The notes under the pieces are model-generated. The model did not search any database and was not told where the DNA came from. It saw only the letters and a list, made by a program, of their open reading frames with translations. Both the position numbers and the translations under genes were made by a program. 41,700 nt of DNA from Thermoplasmata archaeon. GTDB taxonomy: Archaea; Thermoplasmatota; DTKX01; JAHFTX01. The stretch lies in the NCBI GenBank assembly GCA_023265395.1, contig JAHFTX010000028.1:1-41700 (forward strand). Reading direction: 5' to 3'. Shown here in pieces: positions 19,362 to 27,199 of the stretch. How positions within the stretch are numbered: the stretch's first letter is position 1; the number at the start of each line of letters is the position of its first letter.

Positions 19362-20075
19362 GTGGCGCTCCTAAGCGGCGCCGGCTGCATCGCGGTCCTG
19401 CTGGCCCTCGTCGCCGGCGGTTGGGTGAGCCTGCCCCTGCCGTTTGGGCCCGCCACTGCGCCCACCGACCACCACGAGCCCTCCCCCACGCCGGTGCCCA
19501 ACACCCCGCCGCGGCTGGTCTTCGCCCTCAACGTCACCACGACCCCGACGCTGGTGCCCGTCGAGCTCAATGCCTCGCTCTCCCGCGACGCCGAGGGCCC
19601 GATAGAGAGCTACCTCTGGACCATCCACAAGGGTGCCACCGACGGCCCGGTGGTCGCTACCTACCAGAGCAGGGTGGCGACCCATCCGTTCGCCAAGGCC
19701 GGCACCTACTTCGTGCATCTGCAGGTGACCGACGACGGCGGGACCACCGTCCGTTCGGGCCCCTTCGAGGCCAAGGTCCTCGAGGTCACCGATCGGCTCC
19801 CGATGGGCGAGCCCACCTGGGCACCGAGCGCCCCCACCGTCGGTCAGCGGGTCGACTTCTCCGTCCATCCCACCGATGTCGATGGTGAGGTCGAGCAGGT
19901 CCGATGGGACCTGTGGGAGGCCGACGTCCCTGCCAGCGCGCCCCCGCTGGCCTCGGGGCGCGGGACCGCGTGGAGCTTCACCTTCAGTGACAGCGGAGCC
20001 TATCGGCTCGTGCTGAGCCTGACCGATGACGATGGCCAGAACGCGGCGACCACGAGGACGGTGCTGGTGGGCTGA
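19362..20075 (+). CDS. membrane-anchored protein with two PKD-like domains
   Basis: ORF 19209..20075; the first about 50 codons are Arg-rich junk. The start was moved to GTG 19362 (VALLSGAGCIAVLLALVAGGWV = signal/anchor helix). PKD signatures are YLWTIHKGATDG...GTYFVHLQVTDDGGTT and WSFTFSDSGAYRLVLSLTDDDGQNA. The start is uncertain. Confidence 0.5.
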   Translation: MALLSGAGCIAVLLALVAGGWVSLPLPFGPATAPTDHHEPSPTPVPNTPPRLVFALNVTTTPTLVPVELNASLSRDAEGPIESYLWTIHKGATDGPVVATYQSRVATHPFAKAGTYFVHLQVTDDGGTTVRSGPFEAKVLEVTDRLPMGEPTWAPSAPTVGQRVDFSVHPTDVDGEVEQVRWDLWEADVPASAPPLASGRGTAWSFTFSDSGAYRLVLSLTDDDGQNAATTRTVLVG

Positions 20076-20083
20076 GCTGGGCG

Positions 20084-20941
20084 CTACGCCCTGCGCAGCG
20101 CCTCCTCGACGATGTCCATCAGCAGGGCGGCGGTCACCAGCAGGCGCCGGTCGAGCTGGAAGCTGGGGTCGGCACTGGCATCGAGGTACCAGGTGTCCCC
20201 GATGATCTGGAAGCGCTGGTCCAGGCGGGCGATGCGCACGTTGTTGGCCTCGATGAAGTAGTGTGCGGGCAGGAAGGTCAGGATCCGTCGCAGGATCGCC
20301 ATCCCGGCACTGTCCTCGATGATGCGGGCGAAGGGGCGGTCGTAGCCGTCATGGATGTGCCATTCGCTCCGCAGGAAGGAGCGGCCCCACTGCCGCTTGA
20401 GGTAGCCGACCAGCTGTCCGGTGGTGCTGTCGGTGATCCGGAAGGTCGCCCAGGCATCGACGATCTGGGTCTGTTGGACCGCGAGCAGCTCGCGGGTCTT
20501 GCTCTCATCGGTGAAGATGCGGATGTCCTCCTTGAACCGCAGCAGCTTCTGCGCACAGAACCCCAACTGGTTGTTCTGGCCGTCGAGGATGTAGTACTTG
20601 TTGGCGATCGCGAAGACCTTCTGCCGCAGGATGAAGGAGGAGTGGTGCCAGATCGGGGGGACCATCCCCGGCTGGGCCACCTGCTGCTGCTGCGGCGCCC
20701 CTGCGTAGGGTTGCTGCGGGGGGTAGCCCGGTTGCGGTGGCGCTTGGTACTGCGGTTGCGGAGCATACCCGGGCTGGTGCTGCGGGTAGGGCTGCTGCTG
20801 GTACTGCGGTGGCGCACCATACCCCTGCTGCTGCTGGTAGCTCTGCTGCTCGTACTGCTGCGGCGGGTATCCCTGCTGCGCATAGGAAGGAGGCGGGGTC
20901 ATCGGGCGCTCACCATCCTCGGGCATCGGCTCCGAGGGCAT
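20084..20941 (-). CDS. phospholipid scramblase / LURP-one-related (tubby-like fold) family protein with an N-terminal Pro/Gln/Tyr-rich low-complexity domain
   Basis: About 90 aa of PPQQY/QQQPY repeats are followed by ILRQKVFAIANKYYILDGQNNQLGF. A C-terminal YLDASADPSFQLD plus a hydrophobic helix (LLVTAALLMDIV) parallels the scramblase Ca-binding motif DADNFGIQFPLD and C-terminal helix. ORF 20084..20992; Met18 at 20941 was preferred because it leaves intergenic space with the divergent AMMECR1 gene. Confidence 0.55.
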   Translation of the reverse strand: MPSEPMPEDGERPMTPPPSYAQQGYPPQQYEQQSYQQQQGYGAPPQYQQQPYPQHQPGYAPQPQYQAPPQPGYPPQQPYAGAPQQQQVAQPGMVPPIWHHSSFILRQKVFAIANKYYILDGQNNQLGFCAQKLLRFKEDIRIFTDESKTRELLAVQQTQIVDAWATFRITDSTTGQLVGYLKRQWGRSFLRSEWHIHDGYDRPFARIIEDSAGMAILRRILTFLPAHYFIEANNVRIARLDQRFQIIGDTWYLDASADPSFQLDRRLLVTAALLMDIVEEALRRA

Positions 20942-21023
20942 GAACCATTCGCCACGACCAGCGGCTGCTGCAGGCCAGTCCTGCGCACGCAACCTCTATG
21001 CCCCCTGCGGAGTCCGTGCCCGC

Positions 21024-21689
21024 ATGGCCGCAGCCGATCCGGTGGGTGTCATCGCGGTGCGGCTCGCTCGCGGCGCGATCGATGCCGCCGTCCAACGGCG
21101 GCGCTTCTCCCCGCCCTCCCAGAGCATCCCCCCGCAGCTGCGGGCAGAGGGCGGGGTCTTCGTGACCCTGACGACGCACCCGCAAGCGCAGCTGCGCGGC
21201 TGCATCGGCTATCCCGAGCCGGTCATGCCGCGAATCGAGGCGCTCCTCGATGCCGCCGTCTCCGCAGCGCTGCACGACCCGCGCTTCCCTCCGGTGCGAC
21301 CCGAGGAGCTCGCCGCCCTGCGCGTCGAGGTCACCCTGTTGAGCGTCCCGGAGTTGTTGATCGGGACCTCGGCGGATCGCGCACCCAGCGACCTCGGGGT
21401 CGTGCCGCTGCTGGCCGAGACCCAGCGACCGACGCTCCCGAGTCTGATCAGGGTCGGTACCGATGGCCTGATCGTCGAGCACTCCGCTCGGCGCGGTCTG
21501 CTCCTGCCGCAAGTCGCGCCCGAACAGGGCTGGGACGTCCTGGAGCTGCTCGGCGGGACCTGTCGCAAGGCCGGGCTCCCACCCGACGCGTGGCAGCGCG
21601 CCGGCTGCGTCCTGTGGCGCTTCCAGGGGACCATCTTCGAGGAGGTCACGCCCGGGGGCGACGTGCACGCCCGCCCTGCTGGCTCCTAG
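21024..21689 (+). CDS. AMMECR1 domain protein
   Basis: GVFVTLTTHP..LRGCIGYPEP...AALHDPRFPPV...LLPQVAPEQGWD is the AMMECR1 signature (the CIG motif and the LLP..E.GW motif). ATG 21024 in the frame of ORF 20940. Confidence 0.75.
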   Translation: MAAADPVGVIAVRLARGAIDAAVQRRRFSPPSQSIPPQLRAEGGVFVTLTTHPQAQLRGCIGYPEPVMPRIEALLDAAVSAALHDPRFPPVRPEELAALRVEVTLLSVPELLIGTSADRAPSDLGVVPLLAETQRPTLPSLIRVGTDGLIVEHSARRGLLLPQVAPEQGWDVLELLGGTCRKAGLPPDAWQRAGCVLWRFQGTIFEEVTPGGDVHARPAGS

Positions 21690-21765
21690 GCCGCCGGACC
21701 GATGGCGCGCCCTCAGAACCCTTTAAGCAGCCATCTCCGTTCGTCGCCCTCGGGGGTCGCACCCG

Positions 21766-22893
21766 TTGAAGTGCCTCGAGTACGTCGCCAAGGAACTGTT
21801 CCGCCGCCATGGCATCCCCACACCCTCGGGGATCGTCGTGACCACGCCCGAGCAGATCGACAGCACGGCCGTGCCCGGGCCGGTCGCCCTCAAGGCGCAG
21901 GTGCTCATCGGCGGCCGGGGAAAGGCGGGCGGGATCCAGTTCGCATCGAGCGTGCCGGAGGCCCGTCAGAAGGCAGCGGCGATCCTCGCGATGAAGATCC
22001 GTGGATTCCCGGTCCACTCGCTTCTGATCGAACCCAAGCTCGACATCGCCCGCGAACTCTACCTGAGCATCCTCATCGACCGCGCAGCGCGGCTGCCGGT
22101 GATCCTCGCCTCTGCCGCCGGGGGCATCGAGATCGAATCCGTCCCCGAGGAGCAGCTCTTCCGTCGGACCATCGACCCGTTGATCGGCCTTCAGCCCTAC
22201 ATCACCCGTGAGCTCAACGCCAAGCTCGGCCTGACGGGCGAGACCGCCACCCAGGTCGCGACGATCGTCCAACAGGCCTACGAGGTGTTCGTCCAGGAGG
22301 ACGCCGAGCTGGTGGAGATCAACCCGTTGGTGATCACGACTCAGGGGAAGGTCCTCGCCGGCGACGGCAAGCTCGTCATCGACAACGACGCCCTCTTCCG
22401 CCACAAGGACCTGCCCGAGCAGAAGGCCGACGAGTTCACCGACCTCGAGGCCGAGGCGCGTGCCAAGGGGATCGCCTTCATCCAACTCGAGGGGGACATC
22501 GGGGTCATCGCCAACGGTGCGGGCCTGACGATGGCGACCCTCGATGCGCTCACCCTCGTCGGCGGCGCGCCGGGGATCTTCCTCGACCTTGGTGGCACCG
22601 ACGACCCCCGGCAGGTCACCGGCGCCTTCGAGCTGATGCTCAAGGCCCACCCCAAGGTCATCTTCCTCAACATCTTCGGCGGCATCACCAAGTGCGACAC
22701 CGTCGCTTCCGGCGTCGTCGCCGCGCTCAAGGGGATCGCCGCGCCCCCGCCCGTCATCGTGCGGATCAAGGGGCTCAACGAGGTGCAGGCCAAGGGGATC
22801 CTCGCCGATGCCGGCCTGACGAGCGTCGACTACCTCGAGGAGGGCGCGCAGCGGGCCGTCGATCTGCATCCAGGGACCGCCAGGGGGGCGTAG
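21766..22893 (+). CDS. sucC: succinyl-CoA ligase (ADP/GDP-forming) beta subunit
   Basis: TTG start 21766. MKCLEYVAKELFRRHGIPTP is an ATP-grasp N-terminus. The C-terminal CoA-ligase domain is GIAFIQLEGDIGVIANGAGLTMATLD. The stop abuts the sucD ATG. A TATA-like CTTTAAG lies about 40 nt upstream. Confidence 0.85.
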   Translation: MKCLEYVAKELFRRHGIPTPSGIVVTTPEQIDSTAVPGPVALKAQVLIGGRGKAGGIQFASSVPEARQKAAAILAMKIRGFPVHSLLIEPKLDIARELYLSILIDRAARLPVILASAAGGIEIESVPEEQLFRRTIDPLIGLQPYITRELNAKLGLTGETATQVATIVQQAYEVFVQEDAELVEINPLVITTQGKVLAGDGKLVIDNDALFRHKDLPEQKADEFTDLEAEARAKGIAFIQLEGDIGVIANGAGLTMATLDALTLVGGAPGIFLDLGGTDDPRQVTGAFELMLKAHPKVIFLNIFGGITKCDTVASGVVAALKGIAAPPPVIVRIKGLNEVQAKGILADAGLTSVDYLEEGAQRAVDLHPGTARGA

Positions 22894-23763
22894 ATGGCCA
22901 TCCTCCTCGACCTGAGCACCCGCCTGCTCATCCAAGGGATCACCGGCCACCAGGGGACCTTCCACGCCCAGGCGTGCCGGGAGTTCGGCACCTACGTCGC
23001 AGCGGGGGTCACCCCCGGCAAGGGAGGCACGACCCAGGGCGGCGTGCCGGTCTTCGACACCGTCGCCCAAGCGGTCGCGGCGCAACGGCCCAACGTCAGC
23101 CTGATCTTCGTCCCGGCGCGCTTCGCCATGGATGCGGTCTTCGAGGCGATCGACGCCGGGGGGATCCAGACGGTCATCGTGATCACCGAGCACATCCCCT
23201 TCCATGACGCGTTGCGGATGGTCACCTACGCGCGGCTGCGCGGCGTGCGCATCGTCGGGCCCAACTGCCCCGGGGTCATCAGCCCCTGCCAGGCGGTCAA
23301 GGCCGGGATCATGCCCTCGAGCATCTTCACGGCCGGTGACCACGCGGTCATCTCCCGCAGCGGCACGCTCACCTACGAGATCGTCCACCACATGAGCGTC
23401 AACGGCTTGGGCCAGTCGACCGTGCTGGGGCTCGGCGGGGACCCGGTGGTGGGCACCACCTTCATCGAAGCGCTGGCGCTGCTGCAGGCGGACCCCGAGA
23501 CGGAGAAGATCGTCCTGGTCGGCGAGATCGGCGGCAGCGCCGAGGAGGATGCCGCCGCCTACATCACGCAGCATGTCACCAAGCCCGTGGTGGCCTACAT
23601 CGCCGGCCACAGCGCGCCCGAGGGCAAGCGCATGGGCCATGCCGGTGCGATCATCACCCGCGGCAAGGGCACCGCCGCCTCCAAGGCCCACGCGCTCGAG
23701 AAGGCCGGCGTCGCCGTCGCCAAGCGCCCCTTCGAGGTCCCCCAGCTGCTGAAGAAGGCCTAG
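22894..23763 (+). CDS. sucD: succinyl-CoA ligase alpha subunit
   Basis: [24 protein letters not shown]... The phosphohistidine loop context is [13 protein letters not shown] and the CoA-binding N-terminal domain is present. 289 aa. Confidence 0.9.
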   Translation: MAILLDLSTRLLIQGITGHQGTFHAQACREFGTYVAAGVTPGKGGTTQGGVPVFDTVAQAVAAQRPNVSLIFVPARFAMDAVFEAIDAGGIQTVIVITEHIPFHDALRMVTYARLRGVRIVGPNCPGVISPCQAVKAGIMPSSIFTAGDHAVISRSGTLTYEIVHHMSVNGLGQSTVLGLGGDPVVGTTFIEALALLQADPETEKIVLVGEIGGSAEEDAAAYITQHVTKPVVAYIAGHSAPEGKRMGHAGAIITRGKGTAASKAHALEKAGVAVAKRPFEVPQLLKKA

Positions 23764-24743
23764 GGGAGCAGGCGCAAGAGCGCCCACAGCAGCAGGTTGC
23801 CACCGATCACGCTGAGCACCAGACCTGCCACGACGAACACCAGCAGCGGGATCTTGGGCGTCACCAGCACCTGCGTCTCACCAGCATCCTCGAGGGCGCG
23901 CAGCTGCTCCTCGAGCGCCTTGCCCTCGAGCGGCGCTGCCCGCAGGAACGAGCCGGTCCAGACGTGCTCCCCGCCGTGGAACCGGCTGAGCAGCCACACA
24001 TGGGAGCTGCGGACCTCATCGATGGGGGCGCAGTAGGCGTTGAACATGTGCAGCCCCACCGTCGAGTCGCGCAGGTTGCGGACCATCAATGCCAGTGGCA
24101 CCAACAGGACCAGCAACACCGCGTTGGTCAGCACGACCCAGCTGAACGGATAGGACTGCTGCGCGATCGACGGCACGCTCGCCAGCGGCAGGCTCGTCAG
24201 CAACGGCGCGAGGCTGGGTGATCGGGGGAAGAGGACGCAGAGGGCGATCAGCGCATTCTTGTCGGCTCCGCCGGCGATGACCCGCAGCCGGTAGAGGGCG
24301 TAGAAGCCACCTTGGACGAGCAGGGCCAGCAGCGCCGCCGCCACCACACCGACCCCTCCCGTGCCTCCGTCAGGACGCGGTGCAAGCGCGATGACCACCA
24401 GACCCGCGACCGCCAAGAGGCACCCGACGGTCAGCGCCAGGTTCCATCGGTGCGCGATGGCGTCATCGGCAGGGTCCGGCTGGTCGGTTGCATCGGGCTC
24501 ACCCTCGAAGAAGGTCCCGTTGTAGAGCGCCAGGACGAACACCAGGATCGGGCCCAGCGGCAGCAGCAGCAGCGGCAGCGGTGCTCCGGCCGCGACGAGC
24601 TCGACGACCCACAGGCCGCCTCCGACGCAGGCCATCGCCACCCACAGCAGGTTCGACGCCAAGCGCGTGCGCAGATCGGTCGCCGCGCCGATGGAGAGCA
24701 GGGCCACTGCGACCGCGACTCGCGCCACGTCAATCCACGTCAT
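23760..24743 (-). CDS. archaeal prepilin/preflagellin peptidase (A24 family, PibD/FlaK/EppA-like) with an extended C-terminal membrane domain
   Basis: First catalytic Asp is in an N-terminal cytoplasmic loop after TM1 (LSIGAATDLRTRL). Second Asp is in the signature IAGGADKNALIALCVLFP (the G-G-A-D-x-K motif of type IV prepilin peptidases). Polytopic membrane protein. Overlaps the sucD stop by 4 nt (convergent). Confidence 0.72.
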   Translation of the reverse strand: MTWIDVARVAVAVALLSIGAATDLRTRLASNLLWVAMACVGGGLWVVELVAAGAPLPLLLLPLGPILVFVLALYNGTFFEGEPDATDQPDPADDAIAHRWNLALTVGCLLAVAGLVVIALAPRPDGGTGGVGVVAAALLALLVQGGFYALYRLRVIAGGADKNALIALCVLFPRSPSLAPLLTSLPLASVPSIAQQSYPFSWVVLTNAVLLVLLVPLALMVRNLRDSTVGLHMFNAYCAPIDEVRSSHVWLLSRFHGGEHVWTGSFLRAAPLEGKALEEQLRALEDAGETQVLVTPKIPLLVFVVAGLVLSVIGGNLLLWALLRLLP

Positions 24744-24852
24744 GGTCGGCCTGCACCTCTGGGGGTCCTCGACGTGCGTGGGGCGGTTGCACGCGCCCCG
24801 TCATCGCGCTCGTCGGTGCCTGTACCCATCCTAGAAGAGCCTCCCCCCAAAC

Positions 24853-24860
24853 CTTAAAAG
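24853..24860 (+). promoter_or_regulatory. TATA-like element (CCTTAAAAGG) in the divergent peptidase/KaiC intergenic region; near-leaderless for the KaiC-like gene
   Basis: CAAACCTTAAAAGGAGG lies 24-31 nt upstream of ATG 24884 and is flanked by the inverted GCCTCC/GGAGGC. Its near-palindromic AT core could serve both directions. Confidence 0.4.
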
Positions 24861-24883
24861 GAGGCTTCCTGCTTGACGAAGCG

Positions 24884-25642
24884 ATGGGTGGCACGGGGCC
24901 CAAGGCGGAACGTCTACCCCGACTGGCGTCTGGAATCGAGGCGCTCGACCGGGCCCTCTCGGGCGGGATCCCCATCGGCAACAGCGTCCTGCTGGCTGGC
25001 AGCTGCGGCACGGGGAAGACCACCCTGGCGGCCGAGTTCCTGCTGGCGGGCGCACGGGCCAAGGAACCCTCGCTGCTGCTGGCTGTCACCGAGGACGCAG
25101 AACGGCTCCTCGAGAACCTGCGCACCTACGAGTTCTTCGACCAAGCCTTGGTCGGCCCGGGGAAGTTCGAGCTCCTCGACGTCGCCGAGCTCTACAAGGG
25201 ATCGCCCCTGGAGAAGACTACAGTCCTGGGGGCTGCCGACGTGCCGGTGCTGGTCAAGCTCCTGCTCGATCAGGTCGACAAGCGCAAGACCCGACGACTG
25301 GTGATCGATAGCCTGACGGGGTTGTGCTTGCGCTTCCCCAGCAAGGAGCTCGTCCGCGACTTCGTCTCGACGCTGTCCAAGGGGCTCTCCAAGCGCGGGG
25401 TCACCTGCCTGCTCATCAGCGAGCTCGAGGCAGGCTCGACCGGTCACAGCTCCCACGGCGTCGAGGACGCCGTCGTCGATGGCGTGCTGCAGCTGGGCAA
25501 CACCGTCAGCCGTGGCCACCTGCTGCGCACGTTGCAGATCGTCAAGATGCGCGGCACGCCCCACAGCCGCACCCGCTACGTGCTCGAGCTCAGCCACTAC
25601 GGGGCGATCCTCGTGCCGCTGCTGCGGTCGGGGAAGGCCTAA
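24884..25642 (+). CDS. KaiC-like / RecA-superfamily single-domain ATPase (ArlH/FlaH-like size)
   Basis: In frame with ORF 24488..25642, starting at ATG 24884 (MGGTGPKAERLPRLASGIEALDRAL). Walker A is LLAGSCGTGKTTLA. Walker B-like is TRRLVIDSLTGL. C-terminal VTCLLISELEAG...LQIVKMRGTPHS is typical of KaiC/RadA-like proteins. About 252 aa. Confidence 0.8.
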   Translation: MGGTGPKAERLPRLASGIEALDRALSGGIPIGNSVLLAGSCGTGKTTLAAEFLLAGARAKEPSLLLAVTEDAERLLENLRTYEFFDQALVGPGKFELLDVAELYKGSPLEKTTVLGAADVPVLVKLLLDQVDKRKTRRLVIDSLTGLCLRFPSKELVRDFVSTLSKGLSKRGVTCLLISELEAGSTGHSSHGVEDAVVDGVLQLGNTVSRGHLLRTLQIVKMRGTPHSRTRYVLELSHYGAILVPLLRSGKA

Positions 25643-25653
25643 GGAGGAGCTGC

Positions 25654-26247
25654 ATGGAACCCCTCGAGGAGAAGGTCCGCTCGCAGCTGGAGGAGACTCA
25701 GCCGGGCAGCGCCGTCTCGCTGGTGACCGACCTCTCGGGCTACTTCGATGCGCTCAAGGGGTTCGTCGGCTACGCCTCGGCAGCGGGGCTGCACACCATC
25801 TACATCACCGCGACGATCCCCAGCGCCGTCGTCCATGGGCAGCTGACCAGCCAGGGCCTCAACCTCGAGGACGCCCATTTCATCGACTGCATCAGCTTCA
25901 TGGTCGGCGGGCCGCGCCAGGAAGAGGGTCCCTACATGTTCGTCGAGAGCCCCACCATGCTCGAGACGATCCTCGTGAAGGTCGAGCTGTGGATGAAGCG
26001 GCTCGGACCCGACCACGACTACGTGGTGTTCCTCGACAGCGTCAACACGCTGGCGATGCACAACGACGACAAGATCGTCCAAGAGTTCCTGCACTACCTG
26101 ATCACCTCGCTGCGCGCGCGCAAGGTCCGCTGCGTCGTCCTCTCCGTCGAGGGGCAGACCCCCAAGGAGATCGAGACCATCCTCAAGCTCCTCTGCGATG
26201 AGAGCATCGCCGCGCTGCCAGAAGCCGAGGACGGCGCCTCCGAGTGA
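25654..26247 (+). CDS. P-loop-less KaiC/RecA-like paralog (degenerate ATPase-fold protein)
   Basis: AGGAGG lies 7 nt upstream of ATG 25654. Blocks align with the upstream KaiC-like protein (HDYVVFLDSVNTLAMH vs RRLVIDSLTGLCLR; KVRCVVLSVEGQ vs GVTCLLISELEAG). The Walker A position reads GYASAAGLHTIYIT with no GKT/S. Confidence 0.55.
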   Translation: MEPLEEKVRSQLEETQPGSAVSLVTDLSGYFDALKGFVGYASAAGLHTIYITATIPSAVVHGQLTSQGLNLEDAHFIDCISFMVGGPRQEEGPYMFVESPTMLETILVKVELWMKRLGPDHDYVVFLDSVNTLAMHNDDKIVQEFLHYLITSLRARKVRCVVLSVEGQTPKEIETILKLLCDESIAALPEAEDGASE

Positions 26248-26362
26248 GCCCACCCGCGCGCCACCAGCCCCGTGGGAATGTCTATCGTGGCACTCGTTAG
26301 CATGGCTCACGGGGTGTGATATAACTCCTTTGCGTGCATCTCTGTCCCCTCCGATGAAACCC

Positions 26363-26369
26363 TTATATA
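26363..26369 (+). promoter_or_regulatory. strong archaeal TATA box (TTATATA) with a purine-rich BRE-like GAAA upstream; pilin promoter
   Basis: GATGAAACCCTTATATACTG. TATA is about 55 nt upstream of ATG 26422. GAGGA sits 8 nt before the ATG as an SD. Confidence 0.55.
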
Positions 26370-26421
26370 CTGCGCGAACAGGGTCAGGGGTGCGGCGCCT
26401 CGGTGCCGCAGAGGACACAAC

Positions 26422-27063
26422 ATGAAGTACGTAAAGTGGGCAAATCTGAACAAGGAGGAGCAGGCGGTTTCGCCTGTGATCGCTACCATCCTGATGGTCG
26501 CGATCACGGTCGTCCTGGCCGGCGTCCTGGTGGTCTACATGCAGAGCTTCCAGAACGTCGGTGGCGGGACGAACGTCGTGGCGAGCATCTCCGCCAAGAC
26601 GTTCTCCAACCCCCAGGACCCGATGACCCGCAATGGCGGGGGCTGGACGGTCGAGGTCGTCTCCGTCAAGAGCGGTACCCTGAACATCGCGGACATGACG
26701 GTCAACGTCAAGGGATCGAGCGGTGCCAACCTGGGCAGCCTGGTGGGCGCAACGCCGACCCTCAAGGACACCTCGGGAACGGTCGACTACTACCTGTTCT
26801 CCGAGGCCCTGGCCACCTGCGACTACTGGAGCGGCGCGGCGGTAACGGCCGACTGCACCGGTGCCACGGGCAACGAGTTCAACACCATGGAGAACGCGAC
26901 CATCGTCCTATTGGACAACGATGCTAGCGGCACCCTGACGGCGTCGGACACCGTCCTGGTATTCAAGGATACCAACGGTGATGGAACCAACGACATCTCC
27001 AGCCAATCGGTCGTGGAGCTCAAGGCCGCCACCACCAAGGTCGCGCAGACCGATCTCAACTAG
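26422..27063 (+). CDS. archaeal type IV pilin-like protein precursor (class III signal peptide, DUF361/Pilin_N-type N-terminus)
   Basis: MKYVKWANLNKEEQA-VSPVIATILMVAITVVLAGVLVVY is a charged n-region followed by the conserved VSPVIAT.LMVAITVVLA hydrophobic segment. The mature part is Thr/Ser/Gly-rich and beta-rich (about 190 aa). A terminator hairpin lies immediately downstream. Confidence 0.8.
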   Translation: MKYVKWANLNKEEQAVSPVIATILMVAITVVLAGVLVVYMQSFQNVGGGTNVVASISAKTFSNPQDPMTRNGGGWTVEVVSVKSGTLNIADMTVNVKGSSGANLGSLVGATPTLKDTSGTVDYYLFSEALATCDYWSGAAVTADCTGATGNEFNTMENATIVLLDNDASGTLTASDTVLVFKDTNGDGTNDISSQSVVELKAATTKVAQTDLN

Positions 27064-27085
27064 ATCGGCTCAGCGACCACACCAA

Positions 27086-27123
27086 GGAGTGGCGGCACAG
27101 GCCGCCACTCCTCCCCTTTTTCC
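27086..27123 (+). terminator. stem-loop (11-bp perfect stem GGAGTGGCGGC / GCCGCCACTCC, loop ACAG) followed by CCCCTTTTTCC; candidate intrinsic-type terminator for the pilin gene
   Basis: Read directly from the sequence about 23 nt after the pilin stop. The T tract is at about 27117-27121. It could also serve the convergent carbamate kinase gene. Confidence 0.55.
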
Positions 27124-27199
27124 TCGCTTCTGTTTTCGAGCGCCTGCGCCTGGCGTCGGTTCCTCGCTCGTTCTGCGACGGTCACCGATGACAACGCTC

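Noticed and set aside
20261-21769. 502-aa + strand ORF spanning the scramblase-like and AMMECR1 genes
   Set aside because: Arg/Leu/Pro-rich with no motifs. It overlaps two motif-bearing genes on both strands.
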